A stretch of 54,643 bases of DNA, the filler included, from Jimgerdemannia flammicorona (Eukaryota), in the NCBI GenBank assembly GCA_003990765.1. It is 3 parts of 3 records of this genome, joined end to end, with 100 filler letters (N's around TTAATTAATTAA, not from the genome) between each part and the next. Parts side by side here need not be neighbours in the genome. Positions count along the whole stretch, not along the records: positions 18,250 to 36,397 come from RBNJ01002288.1; 2 more parts are not named here. One strand, 5' to 3'. Numbering within the stretch: position 1 is the first letter of the stretch; every line of letters starts with the position of its first letter. Below, one piece after another: positions 24,615 through 36,497 of the stretch. Both the position numbers and the translations under genes were made by a program. Under the pieces are notes generated by a model. The model had not been told where the DNA came from. It searched no databases and was given only the letters and a program-made list of their open reading frames with translations.

Positions 24615-27600
24615 AGTCTTGCATATGGTTTCCAAATTGGTTCTGAGGATGATATACAATTTTGGTGGCTTAGAGATTGTGCACTTACAACTCTCTCCTT
24701 CTTAGCTTTTAACATCTTCATCAGAGTCTTCTAATTTGTTCTAGTATTGTTGTACCATTTAGATGGTTCTTGTAGCTGTATTTGTTGAGAATTTGTTCAA
24801 CTTTGTATTCTTTTTAGTCATTAATAATGATAGGTATAGGTGGTTCTATAGTTTGGTTCAGAAATATGTCTCAGACTTTCTGAGATAAGAATCTAATATA
24901 GCTGTCAACTTTGGAAAAGTCTTCTTCAGAGTTCTCAGATTCTCCTTTGGATGGACAGATAGAGATGGCAAAGAGAGGGCATTTCTTAGCCAATTTCTTA
25001 AACTATAGCTTATTGATATAGGTGATCTTTAGTCCAGGGTCACTAGAGCTGAGTGAGTCCTTTTTACCTTATAGTTTGAAGTTGTGGTATCCTTTCTTGA
25101 TGGTCAGAGAATGGTTTACCCAATTGATCATAGGGTTCTCTTATTTCAATAATAGAGTCTCAAGGATGATTTCATTATCAGGAAGTGATACAATTTGGAG
25201 GGTAATATGTACTTGGTAGTCACCAATTTGAAAGGGTAGATTGTAGACTTCCTTGCTAATAACATGTGAGGTTCCATCAGCTGTGGCAACTGCTTGAGTT
25301 TGTTGTATCAGAGAGGTGAAGACCTTGAGTCTGTTAGCTGTTTTTTCATTGATAAAGTTGCCTGAGGCATCACTATCTATCATAATTTTGACAGGTGCTC
25401 AGTTGACAAAAGCTTGAAGTATAAGCAGTTTGTCTAATCCAATGGTAGTGATTTCAGTTATAAGAGCTTTCCTTCTATTGGTTCTTCTTTGAGCCAGTTC
25501 ATTGACATAAGAGAAATAATCATCAATTATTCAGGAAGAGTACATTCTAATGCCATGGAGACATCAGCCACTTGATACATATCTGTCTTCAATTTTCTTG
25601 TAGAATTATTCTTCTTTGCTTATGGTAGGTTGGGTTGGGGCCTTGTTTGATGAGCCAAATCCTTTGGATTCTTGGATAGTAGGCAGTAGTTCAGAGACTT
25701 TCTTGACTATCAGAGTTGACTCAATTTTCTCAAATAAGATCTGAGTAATACAGAAACCAATAAGGATCTTGAAGAGTATCCAACTATAGTTTTAGATAAG
25801 GACAATGATTTTGTCTGTATAATCTTTATCAATGACTCCTCCTTCTACTGAGAGTCCTTTTAATGCTAGGCTGCTGTGACAGTATATTTTTCCAATATAT
25901 CCTTTAGGGATTTGGATGCTGATTTCTGTGTAGACTTGCTTGACTTCTTGGTTGGAAACTGTAACTTCTTCAGCTGTATACAGATCATATCTAGCTACCT
26001 TTTGACTTCCTTTGTTTGGGGCCTTGGTAGTTTGTCTTAACTTGATGAAGTCCAGTGTTCTAGTGGTCAGGTTATTGAGGTGGCGCAGAGTAGTAACAGT
26101 TGCTCATGTTGCTGTTCAGGGTTTTCAGTTAGGGCAGGCACTGGCCATATATCCTATCTTATGATAATAAAAGTATGCTTTACTTCTTCAAAGTTTATTT
26201 CTCTCTCCTTCAGTGAGTTTCTTGAAGATACTCAGCTGAGTAGGTTCATGATTTCTGGGTATCCATGAGGTGGATGTTGAGGGAGCTCAGGATATCTCAT
26301 ACTTGGGTTCTTCTTTCTTGGTCCAAGTTTTTTCCTTGTTATTGAATTATCTTTGGGGCAGAATTGGTCCAGCTATTAGAATTCACTTGATCATAGTCTT
26401 GATTCTTGCCAGGCACTATTATTGGTAATTATAATTAACTGGGTAGTCTTATTCTTGGATTTTTCTAGTAAGCCATTCAGGCAGTGCATTGAATAGATGG
26501 TCTGCTCTTGTATCATTTTGTGCTTTGTCATTGGCAATATATCCTAGGCCAATGGTATTTAGGAGTGATTCAAGTTTTGTACAGAAAGTTTCGAATTCTT
26601 CCTTGCTATATATATCAAATTTGAGGTTGCAGAGTTTTACTTGATATTTGGCAATCATGGTTTCACTGCAGTATTGAGCAATCATGAGTTATTTCAGCCC
26701 AGGGGCTGCAGGATGGGCTCTATATCCTGGGGCATTGTTTGCTATATTATGAGCAACTACTATAGGTCAGGTGTCTCATGTGAGGGGTTTTTCAGAAAGG
26801 ATTCACCACTATTCTTCAGCAGGTCCTTGGAAGAATATAACAACTCAGCAGACATAGGCTCTAGTGGTAGTAAAGAGTTGTTCCAGAGTGTGGTCTTGAT
26901 TATTTGTCAGAAGGTGGTTAGCAACTCACTCATTGGTCCATTGATTGGCTTTGAAGTTGGTGTCAACTATACTAATGAAGCTTTGGACTTCTTGTACAGT
27001 ATCATTGAAGGTAGGTAGGCTCAGATTTTTGGTAGGTTGGGTCTGTTTGACTAAGGCAGTAATGATTGCTGCCATTATTGCTACCTGAGCTGTAAGGTCT
27101 AGAATCTGTTGATTTACCATATTATTTACTAGAGGTAGTTGGGCTACTAGTAGTAGTATTACTGATACATACTACTTGAGATACTGGTGCAGAGTGTGAT
27201 GGAGTTCTTTAGATCTGTGTAAGTTGCTAGAGTAATAGTTGTGGGTCTGGAGTGAGGGCTTGATAGATAGTTGTCTATTACTGTATAGGTGTATTCTGTC
27301 CTGATAGAGGTATGTCTCCTTCAGTAGTATATCTGAGATTAAATTCACTGAGATACTCCTCCTCTTCTTCAGCTTGGTCCCTATATAGTTGAGTTTGCTC
27401 AGTATTGAAGTAAACAGAATCAATTATATGTATATCTGATTTCAGATAGACTTAATTCAAAGTCAAGTTCTGATTCAGTATTGGTTTCAGGTTCAGGTAG
27501 AGCTATAGTGGGGCCTGCTTCAGGTTCAGGATCAGGTTGTTGATAAAGAATTTCTCTTGCTTTTTCCTTAAGAATATGGCAGGCCTTGGTATTCTGGAAT

Positions 27601-28822
27601 TGGTAGTATAGTGCAGTCTTGGTTCTAGTATGGTGAAAGTCAGTAAAGTTGAGCCACTTGGCTATAGAGACTTGGGCTTCATAAGGAACTAAGACTAGAA
27701 AGACTGCTGCTGGTTGTCCTAGGTCACTCAGATTTGTGAAGCTGACAAAACTCTTATTGAGGAGAGTAAAGAAGGTTTCTATAAGACCTTCTTCATCTTG
27801 ACTTGTAGGATGTAGAGTAAGGAGTTTGGTAAATAGAGTTTCATCTATCTGCTGATTTAATTGGAGTACTTCTTTCTTTAAATGAAGTTTGTCTTACTTG
27901 TTACAGATGTGGAGATCAAATTGTTCTTATACATCAGATTCAATTCTCTCCAGATTGTCAGATGGTTCAGAATAAATTCCAGTTCAGAGATTGAGCTTTA
28001 TACTAACTTGTAGGAATTCTCAGAGGAGTTTGTAGCAGGGTGAGGAAGTATCTTGAAGCAGAATTAGATTGTAAACTACTGCTATCAAGTTGTAAGAGAG
28101 TTACTTGTTAGAGTAATTATTATGTAGTTCTGGAAGGGTTTTCTGGAAGTTCTGGATATTCTGAAAGACTGTTTTCTTAAGGTCAAGATCAATTTTGTAT
28201 AGAGTATATCCTCTATACTTATTGATTTTAAGATTGGGTTGATGTCTGAACCAAAGTCCTTTTCTGGACTAGTTTTGGATATTTAGGATTTTCTATATTT
28301 CAGGAAGTTTAAGAAACTAAGACCAGCTTAGTTGAATTAGTATATTACTGCAGACAATACCCAATTGGGAAATTTCATGATGGGGTTAAAAGTGGGACCT
28401 AATGGAGAGTAGATTTACTTAAGAGTGGTTTGTAGGTTATTAAATAGGTTTATTTGCTATTTATGATATTGCTATACTAGGAGTAGTTGTGTGAAGAGAT
28501 ATTATAAAAAAGTACTCAGGAGTTATATTTGGATTGTTCAAGTCTGAGATTCTAAGGTCTGAGAGAGGGGGTATTTATACTAGTGAGGGGCTATCTAGGC
28601 TATGCTGAATATGGATATAGTACTTAGTACCTTACTGAGTCAGAATATAGTCATGTAGTACAAGTGTGATCTGACATATCAAGAGATCATCTAACTGCTG
28701 AGTTAGTTCACAGTCATATTATATAAGGCTAATCTAACTATACTATGACTGCTAAGCTATTTATAGATTTAGATACTGTCTGGATAGTCTTCAATGACAT
28801 CACTATTGATGATATCATCTCT
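24615..28822 (-). mobile_element. Family A copy A3, internally deleted (no RT, RNase H or integrase)
   Basis: Partial 5' LTR 28091-28822, PBS, extended gag, dUTPase (~25650-26060), protease MIDSDASGNFI. A junction at ~24865 jumps to the chromodomain start and one at ~24765 jumps to the pre-PPT region. The 3' LTR starts at 24689. Confidence 0.9.
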
Positions 28823-28903
28823 AGCAAAATTTGAGCAGTTTTCTGACTTCTGACATCATCAGTTTCCAAGGTATTATTACTTCTATCATAGAAGTAATAA
28901 TAC

Positions 28904-31791
28904 TAGTGCTCTGAATGAGTCAATTCGAATCAAATCTGGATTTGATTTGTCATATAATAGTTTGATCTGAATCTCAAATCTGAAGCCATCTGAATCAACT
29001 TGGATTAATCCAAATTGCCCCATCTGAATTGCCTCATCTAAATCACCCATCTGAACTACCCCAATCTGAATCACTCAATCTGAATCACTCAATCTGAATC
29101 ACTCAATCTGAATCACTTAATCCAAATTCTCTAATTTGAATCCTCTAATTCAAATCCTCTAATTCAAATCCTTCAATCTGAATCCTCATCTGAATCCTTC
29201 AACTGAATCCTCCAATCCAAATTCTCCACATGACTTATATGCTGGATGCATCTATAATATAATACACACACATACATATACAATACACACACATGTATAT
29301 ACATGTACATATAAACACACAAACACACATATTAACAGATCAGTCTTCAACAGTTCACAGTACCAATGATGCTTCAAGTCAAACATCTCTGATAGTTCCA
29401 CACCTTCTATGCAATCCTCCCTCCAAAATCTGGTGACATTGTACTAAAATAGGAGATAATATTGTTTATAATTATTGCAGGTAAAAAATTAAGATACACC
29501 TATTGACACTTTTTGTTTATTTTGACACACACATGATATTGTTTCATCTACCCCTATAAACTGCACCAGCCAGAAGTTCAAAATGCTTGGGGGTATAACT
29601 TCAAACATGAATTGACACATAAAAGACAAGCACTCTGACAAAATCAAAAAGAACATAGAGACAAATAAAATTGATATCCAAGCTGTGGTGGGTATGTTTA
29701 TCCGATTGCCTGACCATTTTTGTATCAACAATACCATTTAATCAAAAATATTTAGCCATACTCTTCAGCAGAATTTTGAAATCAGCTCATTCACTGGATT
29801 GTATATACAGACCAGCCATTCACAATCATCGAGAGTGATCAATTACATAGCATCTTTGACCTCCTCAAGCATGATTTATATTTGCCAAGTGCTAATACTA
29901 TTCGCAAAGATATTCTGGAGGCCTATAGAAAGGAGCATGACAATCTCTGCCAGATACTTCAGGTAAAATAAGAGCAGTACTGTGACCTTTACAAGCTGAA
30001 TTATATAAAAGAGCTCACCAATTTAACCTTATATTTAATAAGCAGAATTTGGCAGACAAAATTTTGTTTATGATTAACACATAGATATCCCCCAATGCAA
30101 TTTCATTTCTGGGTATTACTAGTCATTAAATTGATCTTGATTGATAACTTAAATCTCTCACCCTTGACTTTGTCAAACTTACTGGCCCTTATTCTAGAGA
30201 CAACATCACAGATGCTTTTATTAGTTATATCTGAGAGCTTGGGATCACAACCAAGGTAAAAAAGGAGAGCTTGCCATCAGGTCAGTATTTTGAGAGAGGT
30301 CCTAAAACAAACCAGATTTTATTGATTATTTATTTTCACATAAATTCACTGACCGAATATTTCAAGTATAGATTTTGGCCATTATGATAGATAATGCCAC
30401 AAACAACTCAACATTTTTCAAAGTTTTAGTGGTCAGCCTCAAACAGAAAAACATGGCCTTCAGTACAGAAAGCTGCTATGTGCAATGCCAGGCCCACATA
30501 CTGAACCTTACTGTTCAGAACTATCTTATATACATAGACAAAACATCCAAGAGAGAAGGGGCCCTGAGTATAATTTCCAAGCTATGCAACCTGGTTGTGT
30601 CAGTCTGATTGTCCCCACAATGACAAGACAAATTTGTTATATAGTGTAGAGCAATCAGTTTAGCCCTGAAAGAGCTTATATTAGATATCTATATGCATTG
30701 GAACTCAACATTTGTAATGATCCAGTGCATACTGGAGTTTGCTATAGTATGCATCCTTTTTTTCTTTGGTCAGCTGAAGCAACTTGTTTCAGATAATTGA
30801 AGATTTATTTTAAAAAAAAAAAAAAAACAAAAAAAGGCAATAGATTCAACAGTGGCTGCCAATAAGGAAATATGGGCTAAGGCTCTAGGTGAAAGCAAGT
30901 GGGACATACTTAGGAATATTGTCAGAGTTTTGGAAGTAAGTGGTGATTGCTCTGGCTCCATACTCATTTTGTTAATCTCTACACTCATTTTGTCTATCTC
31001 TGTATAATGCAACACCTCACCATATATAACCGCCAGTGTTTTGATAATTGTATGAAGGATATAGTCAAACAAACAACCCCAACAATAAGCTCGGCAATAC
31101 CAGTATACAACCTTCTGATTGACTGGCTAGAGGACAAGCTCAAGGACAGACTGGAGGGTTGCAGTGATTTATGGTTGAACCTGGATCAGAGAGATGCTAT
31201 GGAGGTTGCTCTTAGCAAGCTCAGAAAGTATTACTCTCAAACAGATACTGCTGTATACTCAATCAATACAGGTATATTGATGTCAGCATATAGCTGTTGC
31301 CCCTTCCAAAATAGAGAAATCTCTGCAAAAACTCACTCTCTCCTCTTCTTTGAACAGTGCTGGACTTACACTTAAAGCTATAATACTATAAAGATCAGGG
31401 CTGAGAGCAGCACTTCATTGAGAGAACCAAACAGACCATAATTGAAGTATATCAGAAAAACTATACACTGCCACAAGGTTCTGGCTAAAGTCTAGATGAA
31501 TATACTGAGAGATCCCTCCTATTCCACATTTACTTCAGCAGAAAGAGGAAGAGAGAGCTGTCAGTGGAAAAGCTGTCATCAATAGATGAACTTACCATTT
31601 ATCTTGCCAGCAACTGCATGATCCTGCTGGAGAGTACATAGGTGCTCAACTGGTGGAAGGTGAGTTGTTAGGTGGGCATTGGGCCAATTTAACCATCAAT
31701 CTAACTACTGCTCTACTCACCAGGGCATGCAGCTGTGTCAAACAGACTTCCCCAGCCTGTGTGGCATAGCTCAGGACTACCTGGTGATTCC
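28904..31791 (+). mobile_element. Autonomous-type hAT transposon (left TIR plus transposase), interrupted by copy A4
   Basis: TIR TAGTGCTCTGAATGAGTCAATTCGAATC; subterminal AATCTGAATC(ACTC) repeats at 29040-29225. Confidence 0.88.
29480..31791 (+). pseudogene. Intron-containing hAT transposase pseudogene
   Basis: BED-like GITSNMN.HIKDKH, then DQPFTIIE..LPSANTIR, SFLGITSH, IMIDNATNN, CQAHILNL, HWNSTFVMI, SKLRKYY, VLNWWK, FPSLCGIAQDYLVIP. Start approximate; many stops. Confidence 0.9.
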
Positions 31792-33856
31792 TGTATAAGC
31801 ACACAACCTCCAAGCCACTGAAATTATATATTACCCTCTGAACAAGCCACCGAAATTACACACGACCTTTGAATAAATCTGGAAATCACCTGCTTGATCA
31901 TGAAGCTGAGTCAAACTGAAGTCACAGCATACAAAGCTGAGTCAATACGAAGTCACGGAACACAAGATTTATACAAACAGAATCTTACCAATCAGGACTA
32001 AATGCATATATACCGAGCACTGAGATGCATCGAATCAGAGAACCAAAACAAACAACACCACAACTTCCAAAATACACAAACATGACCACTGAGATCTACA
32101 ACTGTATCCGTGCTGACATTTGGAATGCCATTGTCAACCGAGCCACACCCCCTCTGCCCCTCATGAATATCCATAGCCTGGCACCTCTCTACTTCATGGA
32201 AGCCCGATGGAATGCCCTGAACATGCTTAGTGAGGCCCACCAAATCGGACAAATCTCAAGCTACTACCAGATCAGCTGCCTCCTAGAAGACATGGTCAAA
32301 CACTACCATGATACAGACATTACCCAGATATCTCAACACCAGAAGCTCATCGCCTACAAACATCGAGAACTCTTCTATGAGTACAACACCTTTATTCCCT
32401 ACCTCCGAGTTACTACCAGCGAAATGGTTGCTACCCTGTCCTATGGTCAAATCGATGACATGATATAAGAACTTAACCACAAGTACCTCGAATACATCCA
32501 GACCACAGACAGAACCTTCCCACACCCTGATGACCATATCTTGCAAATGCCTTAAGTCGGATATGCCATGAAGGACATCTATAATATAATCCACTTCGAC
32601 AAAGATGAAGCAGAAGACAATGATCTCTCTGACACTGACATGACCTCTAGCCAAGGATCTCTGCCAACCCTGATCACTCCGCCAACCTTGCTGATGAACT
32701 TACAATAGTTCATAACTACATACAAGACTTATTGGGACAATGACCACTGGTATGAATACCAACCTGCATTCACCCCCGACTACTTCAACTACAATGAGGA
32801 GACTGGAGAACACAACCTGTACCTCCAGACAACCCTGGAGATTGAACCAACCTCCCCACCACCTGAGTACGAGCGACATGAACCACAGCCACCAGCTTAC
32901 TACAATCCTGCAACTTATAGTGCTGTAATCTATAGAAGATATGCAGATAGTAAATCAGATGAAAGCGAAGACAATATATCCATCCTTCGCCCACCAACAC
33001 CTTATCCAGCATATGAAACAGATGATGCTATCCTGTGGGATGAAGATGAAGTCCCAATGTATTACTACCTCAGCCAACAAGGAGAAGTAATCTGCAAACT
33101 ACTCTTCCTAGATGACTACTTTATTAGAGATGATGCAATCGATGGTGATGTCATCAAAGACTACCCAGATAGTGCCTAAACCTATAAATAGTCTAGCAGT
33201 CATAGTATAGATAGATTAGCCTTGTATGATGTGACTGTGTACTGACTCAGCAGTCAGACGATCTCTTGACATGTCAGATCACACTTGTACTACGTGACTG
33301 CATTTCGACTCAGCAAGGCACTTAGTCCTACATCCATATTTAGCATAGTCCAGATAGCCCCTCACTAGTATAAATATCCCCTCCCCCAGACCTCAGAATC
33401 TCAGACTTGAACAATCTGAACACAACTCCTGAATACTTCCCCACAATACCCCTTTACACAAATACTCCTAATATAGCAATATCATGAATAGCAAATAAAC
33501 CTATTCCATAACTCACAAACCACTCTTAAGTAAATCTGCTCCCTGTTAGGTCCCACTCCTAACTCTGTCACGAAATTTCCTAATTGGGTATTGTCTGCAG
33601 CGATACGCCAATTCAACTAAGCTGGTCTTAGTTTCTTAAACTTCCTGAAATACAGAAAATCCTGAACATCCAGAACTAGTCCAGAAAAGAACTTTGGTTG
33701 AGACATCAACCCGATCTAGAAACCAATAAGTGTAGAGGACGTACTCTATATGAAATTGATCTTGACCATAAGAAAACAGTCTTCCAGAATATTCAGAACT
33801 TCCAGAAAACCTTCTAAAACTACATAACAGCTACCCTAAAAAGTAACCCTCTTACA
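31792..33856 (+). repeat. Family-A 5' LTR, 2065 bp
   Basis: TGTATAAG...CTTACA; TATAAAT at 33369; AATAAA at 33494. Confidence 0.93.
32082..33179 (+). pseudogene. LTR (U3)-internal ORF, 365 codons, unknown product
   Basis: ATG to TAA in one frame (MTTEIYNCIRADIWNAIV...DGDVIKDYPDSA*) with three in-frame stops. Two read CAA in sister LTRs; TAG at 32706 is shared by all four copies covering it. Confidence 0.75.
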
Positions 33857-33859
33857 ACT

Positions 33860-33874
33860 TGGTAGCAGTGGTTT
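33860..33874 (+). promoter_or_regulatory. Primer-binding site, probably tRNA-iMet
   Basis: TGGTAGCAG 3 nt after the LTR CA; mutated equivalents at 14671 and ~28075-28087 (minus). Confidence 0.75.
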
Positions 33875-35879
33875 ACAATCCAATTCTGCTTCAAGACACT
33901 TCCTCACTCCACTACAAACCCTTCTGTAAATTCCTACAAGTTGGTATAAAGCCCAACCTCTGAATTGGAATTTATCTGAACCATCTGATAATCTGGAGAG
34001 AATTGAACCTGACATATAAGAACAATTTGACCTCCATACCTGCAACAAGTGGGATAAACTTCATTCAAAGAAAGAAGTACTCAAGTTAAACCAGCAAATA
34101 GGCAAAACTCTATTCACCGAACTCCTTGCACTATACCCAGCAAGTCAAGATGAAGAAGGTCTTATTGAAGCCTTCTTTACTCTTCTCAACAAGAGTTTTG
34201 TCAGCTCCACAAATCCGAGCGACCTAGGACAACCAGCAGCAGTCTTTCTAGCCTTAGTTCCTCATGAAGCCCAAGCCTCTGTAGCTAAGTGGCTCAACTC
34301 TACTGACTATCACCATACCAGGACCAAGACCGCATTATACTACCAATTCCAGAACAGCAAGGCCCACCATATTCTCAAAGAAGAAGCAAGAGAAACCCTT
34401 CATCAACTACCTGACCCCGAACCTGAAGCAGGCCCTGCTACAGCTCTACCTGAATCTGAAACCAATACCAAACCTGAACTTGACTTTGAATTAAGTCCAT
34501 CTGAAATCAGATATACAACTGATTCTGTCTACTTTGACATCGAGCAAACCCAATTACAGGGGGACCAAACTGAAGAAGAGGAGGAGTATCTCACCGAATT
34601 TGATCCCGGATATACCACTGAAGGAGACACATGCCCATCAGGACAGAATACACCTACACAGCAACAAATAGCTATCTATCAAGCCCTCACTCCAGACCCA
34701 CAACTACTACTCCAGCAGCTTACACAGACTCAAAGAACCCCATCACACTCTGCACCAGTATCTCAAGTAGTACCAGTAACACCACTACCAGCAGTCCAAC
34801 TGCCTCCAGCAATCAACATGGCGAACCAACAGATTCTTAACCTCACAGCCCAAGTAGCTATAATGGCAGCAACTATCACTGCCTTAGCTGAACAGACCTG
34901 ACCTACCAAAAATCTGAGCCTACCTACCTTCAATGATACTGTACAAGAAGTCCAAAGCTTCATTAGTGTAGTTGACACCAACTTCGAAGCCAATCAATGG
35001 ACTAATGAGCGAGTTGCTAACTGCATTCTGACAAACAATCAAGACCACACCCTGGAACAACTCTTTGCTACCACTACAGCCTATGTCCGCCGAGTTGTTA
35101 CATTCTTCCGAGGACCTGCTGAAGAATGGTGGCGAACCTTTCCTGAAAAACCCCTCACATGAGATATCTGACCTGTAGTAGTTGCTCAGAATGCAGCAAA
35201 CAATGCCCCAGGATATGGAGCCCATCCTGCAGCCCCTGGACTCAAATAACTCATAATTGCTCAATATTACAGCGAAACCATGATTGCCGAATCTCAAGTA
35301 AAACTCCACAACCTCAAATTTGATGTATATGGCAAGGAAGAATTCGAAACCTTCTGTACAAAACTCAAGTCACTCCTGAACACTGTTGGCCTAGGATACA
35401 TTGCCAATGATGAAGCACAAAATGGTACAAGAGCAGACTATTTATTTGATGCCCTGCCTGAATGGCTTACTAGAAAAATCCGAGAACAAGGCCGCCCAGT
35501 TGGTTGTGATCACCAACAATAGTGCCTAGCAAGAATCAAGACCATGGTCAAGCAAATTCTAACAGCTGGACCAATTCTGCCCCAAAGGCAATTTAACAAC
35601 AAGGAAAAGACTTGGACTAAGAAAGAAGAACCCAAGCATGAAGCATCCCGAGCTCCCTCCACATCCACCTCTTGGACACCCAGAAATCCTGAACCCACCC
35701 AGCCCAGTACCTTCAAGAAACTTATGGAAGGCGAAAGGAATGAACTTCAAAGAAGTGGAGCATGCTTCTATTGCCGAAAGACAGGACATATGGCCAGTAC
35801 CTGTCCTAACCGAAAACCCCGAACAGTAATATGAGCAACTGTTACCACTCTTTACCACCTCAACAACCTGACCACCAGA

Positions 35880-36290
35880 ACACTAGACTTTGTCAAGTTA
35901 AGACAAACTGCTAAGGCCCCAACCAAAGGAAGTCAAAAAGCAGCTGGATATGATCTGTATACAGCCGAAGAAGCTACAGTTTCTAACCAAGAAGTCAAAC
36001 AAGTCTATACAGGAATCAGTATCCAAATCCCTGAAGGACATGTTGGAAGAATATGCTGTCGCAGCAGTCTAGCACTGAAAGGACTCTCAGTAGAAGGAGG
36101 AGTCATTGACGAAGATTATACAGGCGAAATCATTGTCCTCATTCAAAACCACAGTTGGACACTCTTTAAGATCCCTATTGGCTTCTGCATCACCCAGATC
36201 CTATGAAAAAATCGAGTCAACCCTGACCATCAAGGAAGTCCCTGAACTACTGCCCACCATCCGAGGATCCAAAGGATTTGGCTCATCAAA
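35880..36290 (+). pseudogene. dut: dUTPase domain of the family-A polyprotein (between NC and PR)
   Basis: AAGYDL, RSSLALKG, GGVIDEDYTGEI, ITQIL, RGSKGFGSS: the five trimeric dUTPase motifs. Confidence 0.93.
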
Positions 36291-36397
36291 CAAGGCCCCA
36301 GCCCAACCTACCATGAGCAAAGAAGAACAATTCTATAAGAAGATCGAAGATGGATATGTACCAAGTGGCTGATGCCCTCATGGTATTGGAATGTACT

Positions 36398-36497
36398 NNN
36401 NNNNNNNNNNNNNNNNNNNNNNNNNNNNNNNNNNNNNNNNNTTAATTAATTAANNNNNNNNNNNNNNNNNNNNNNNNNNNNNNNNNNNNNNNNNNNN
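36398..36497. other. Artificial contig linker
   Basis: N runs around TTAATTAATTAA. Confidence 0.97.

Larger units (their letters stand above)
31792..36397 (+). mobile_element. Family A copy A4, least mutated: 5' LTR, PBS, extended gag, dUTPase; cut by contig end
   Basis: Gag MANQQIL.. at 34818; CFYCRKTGHMASTC at ~35763-35805; dUTPase at ~35880-36290. Confidence 0.95.

Noticed and set aside
18150..36497. Apparent clustering of family-A copies along one chromosome
   Set aside because: The segments are near-equal-length contigs joined by artificial linkers; linkage across gaps is not real.
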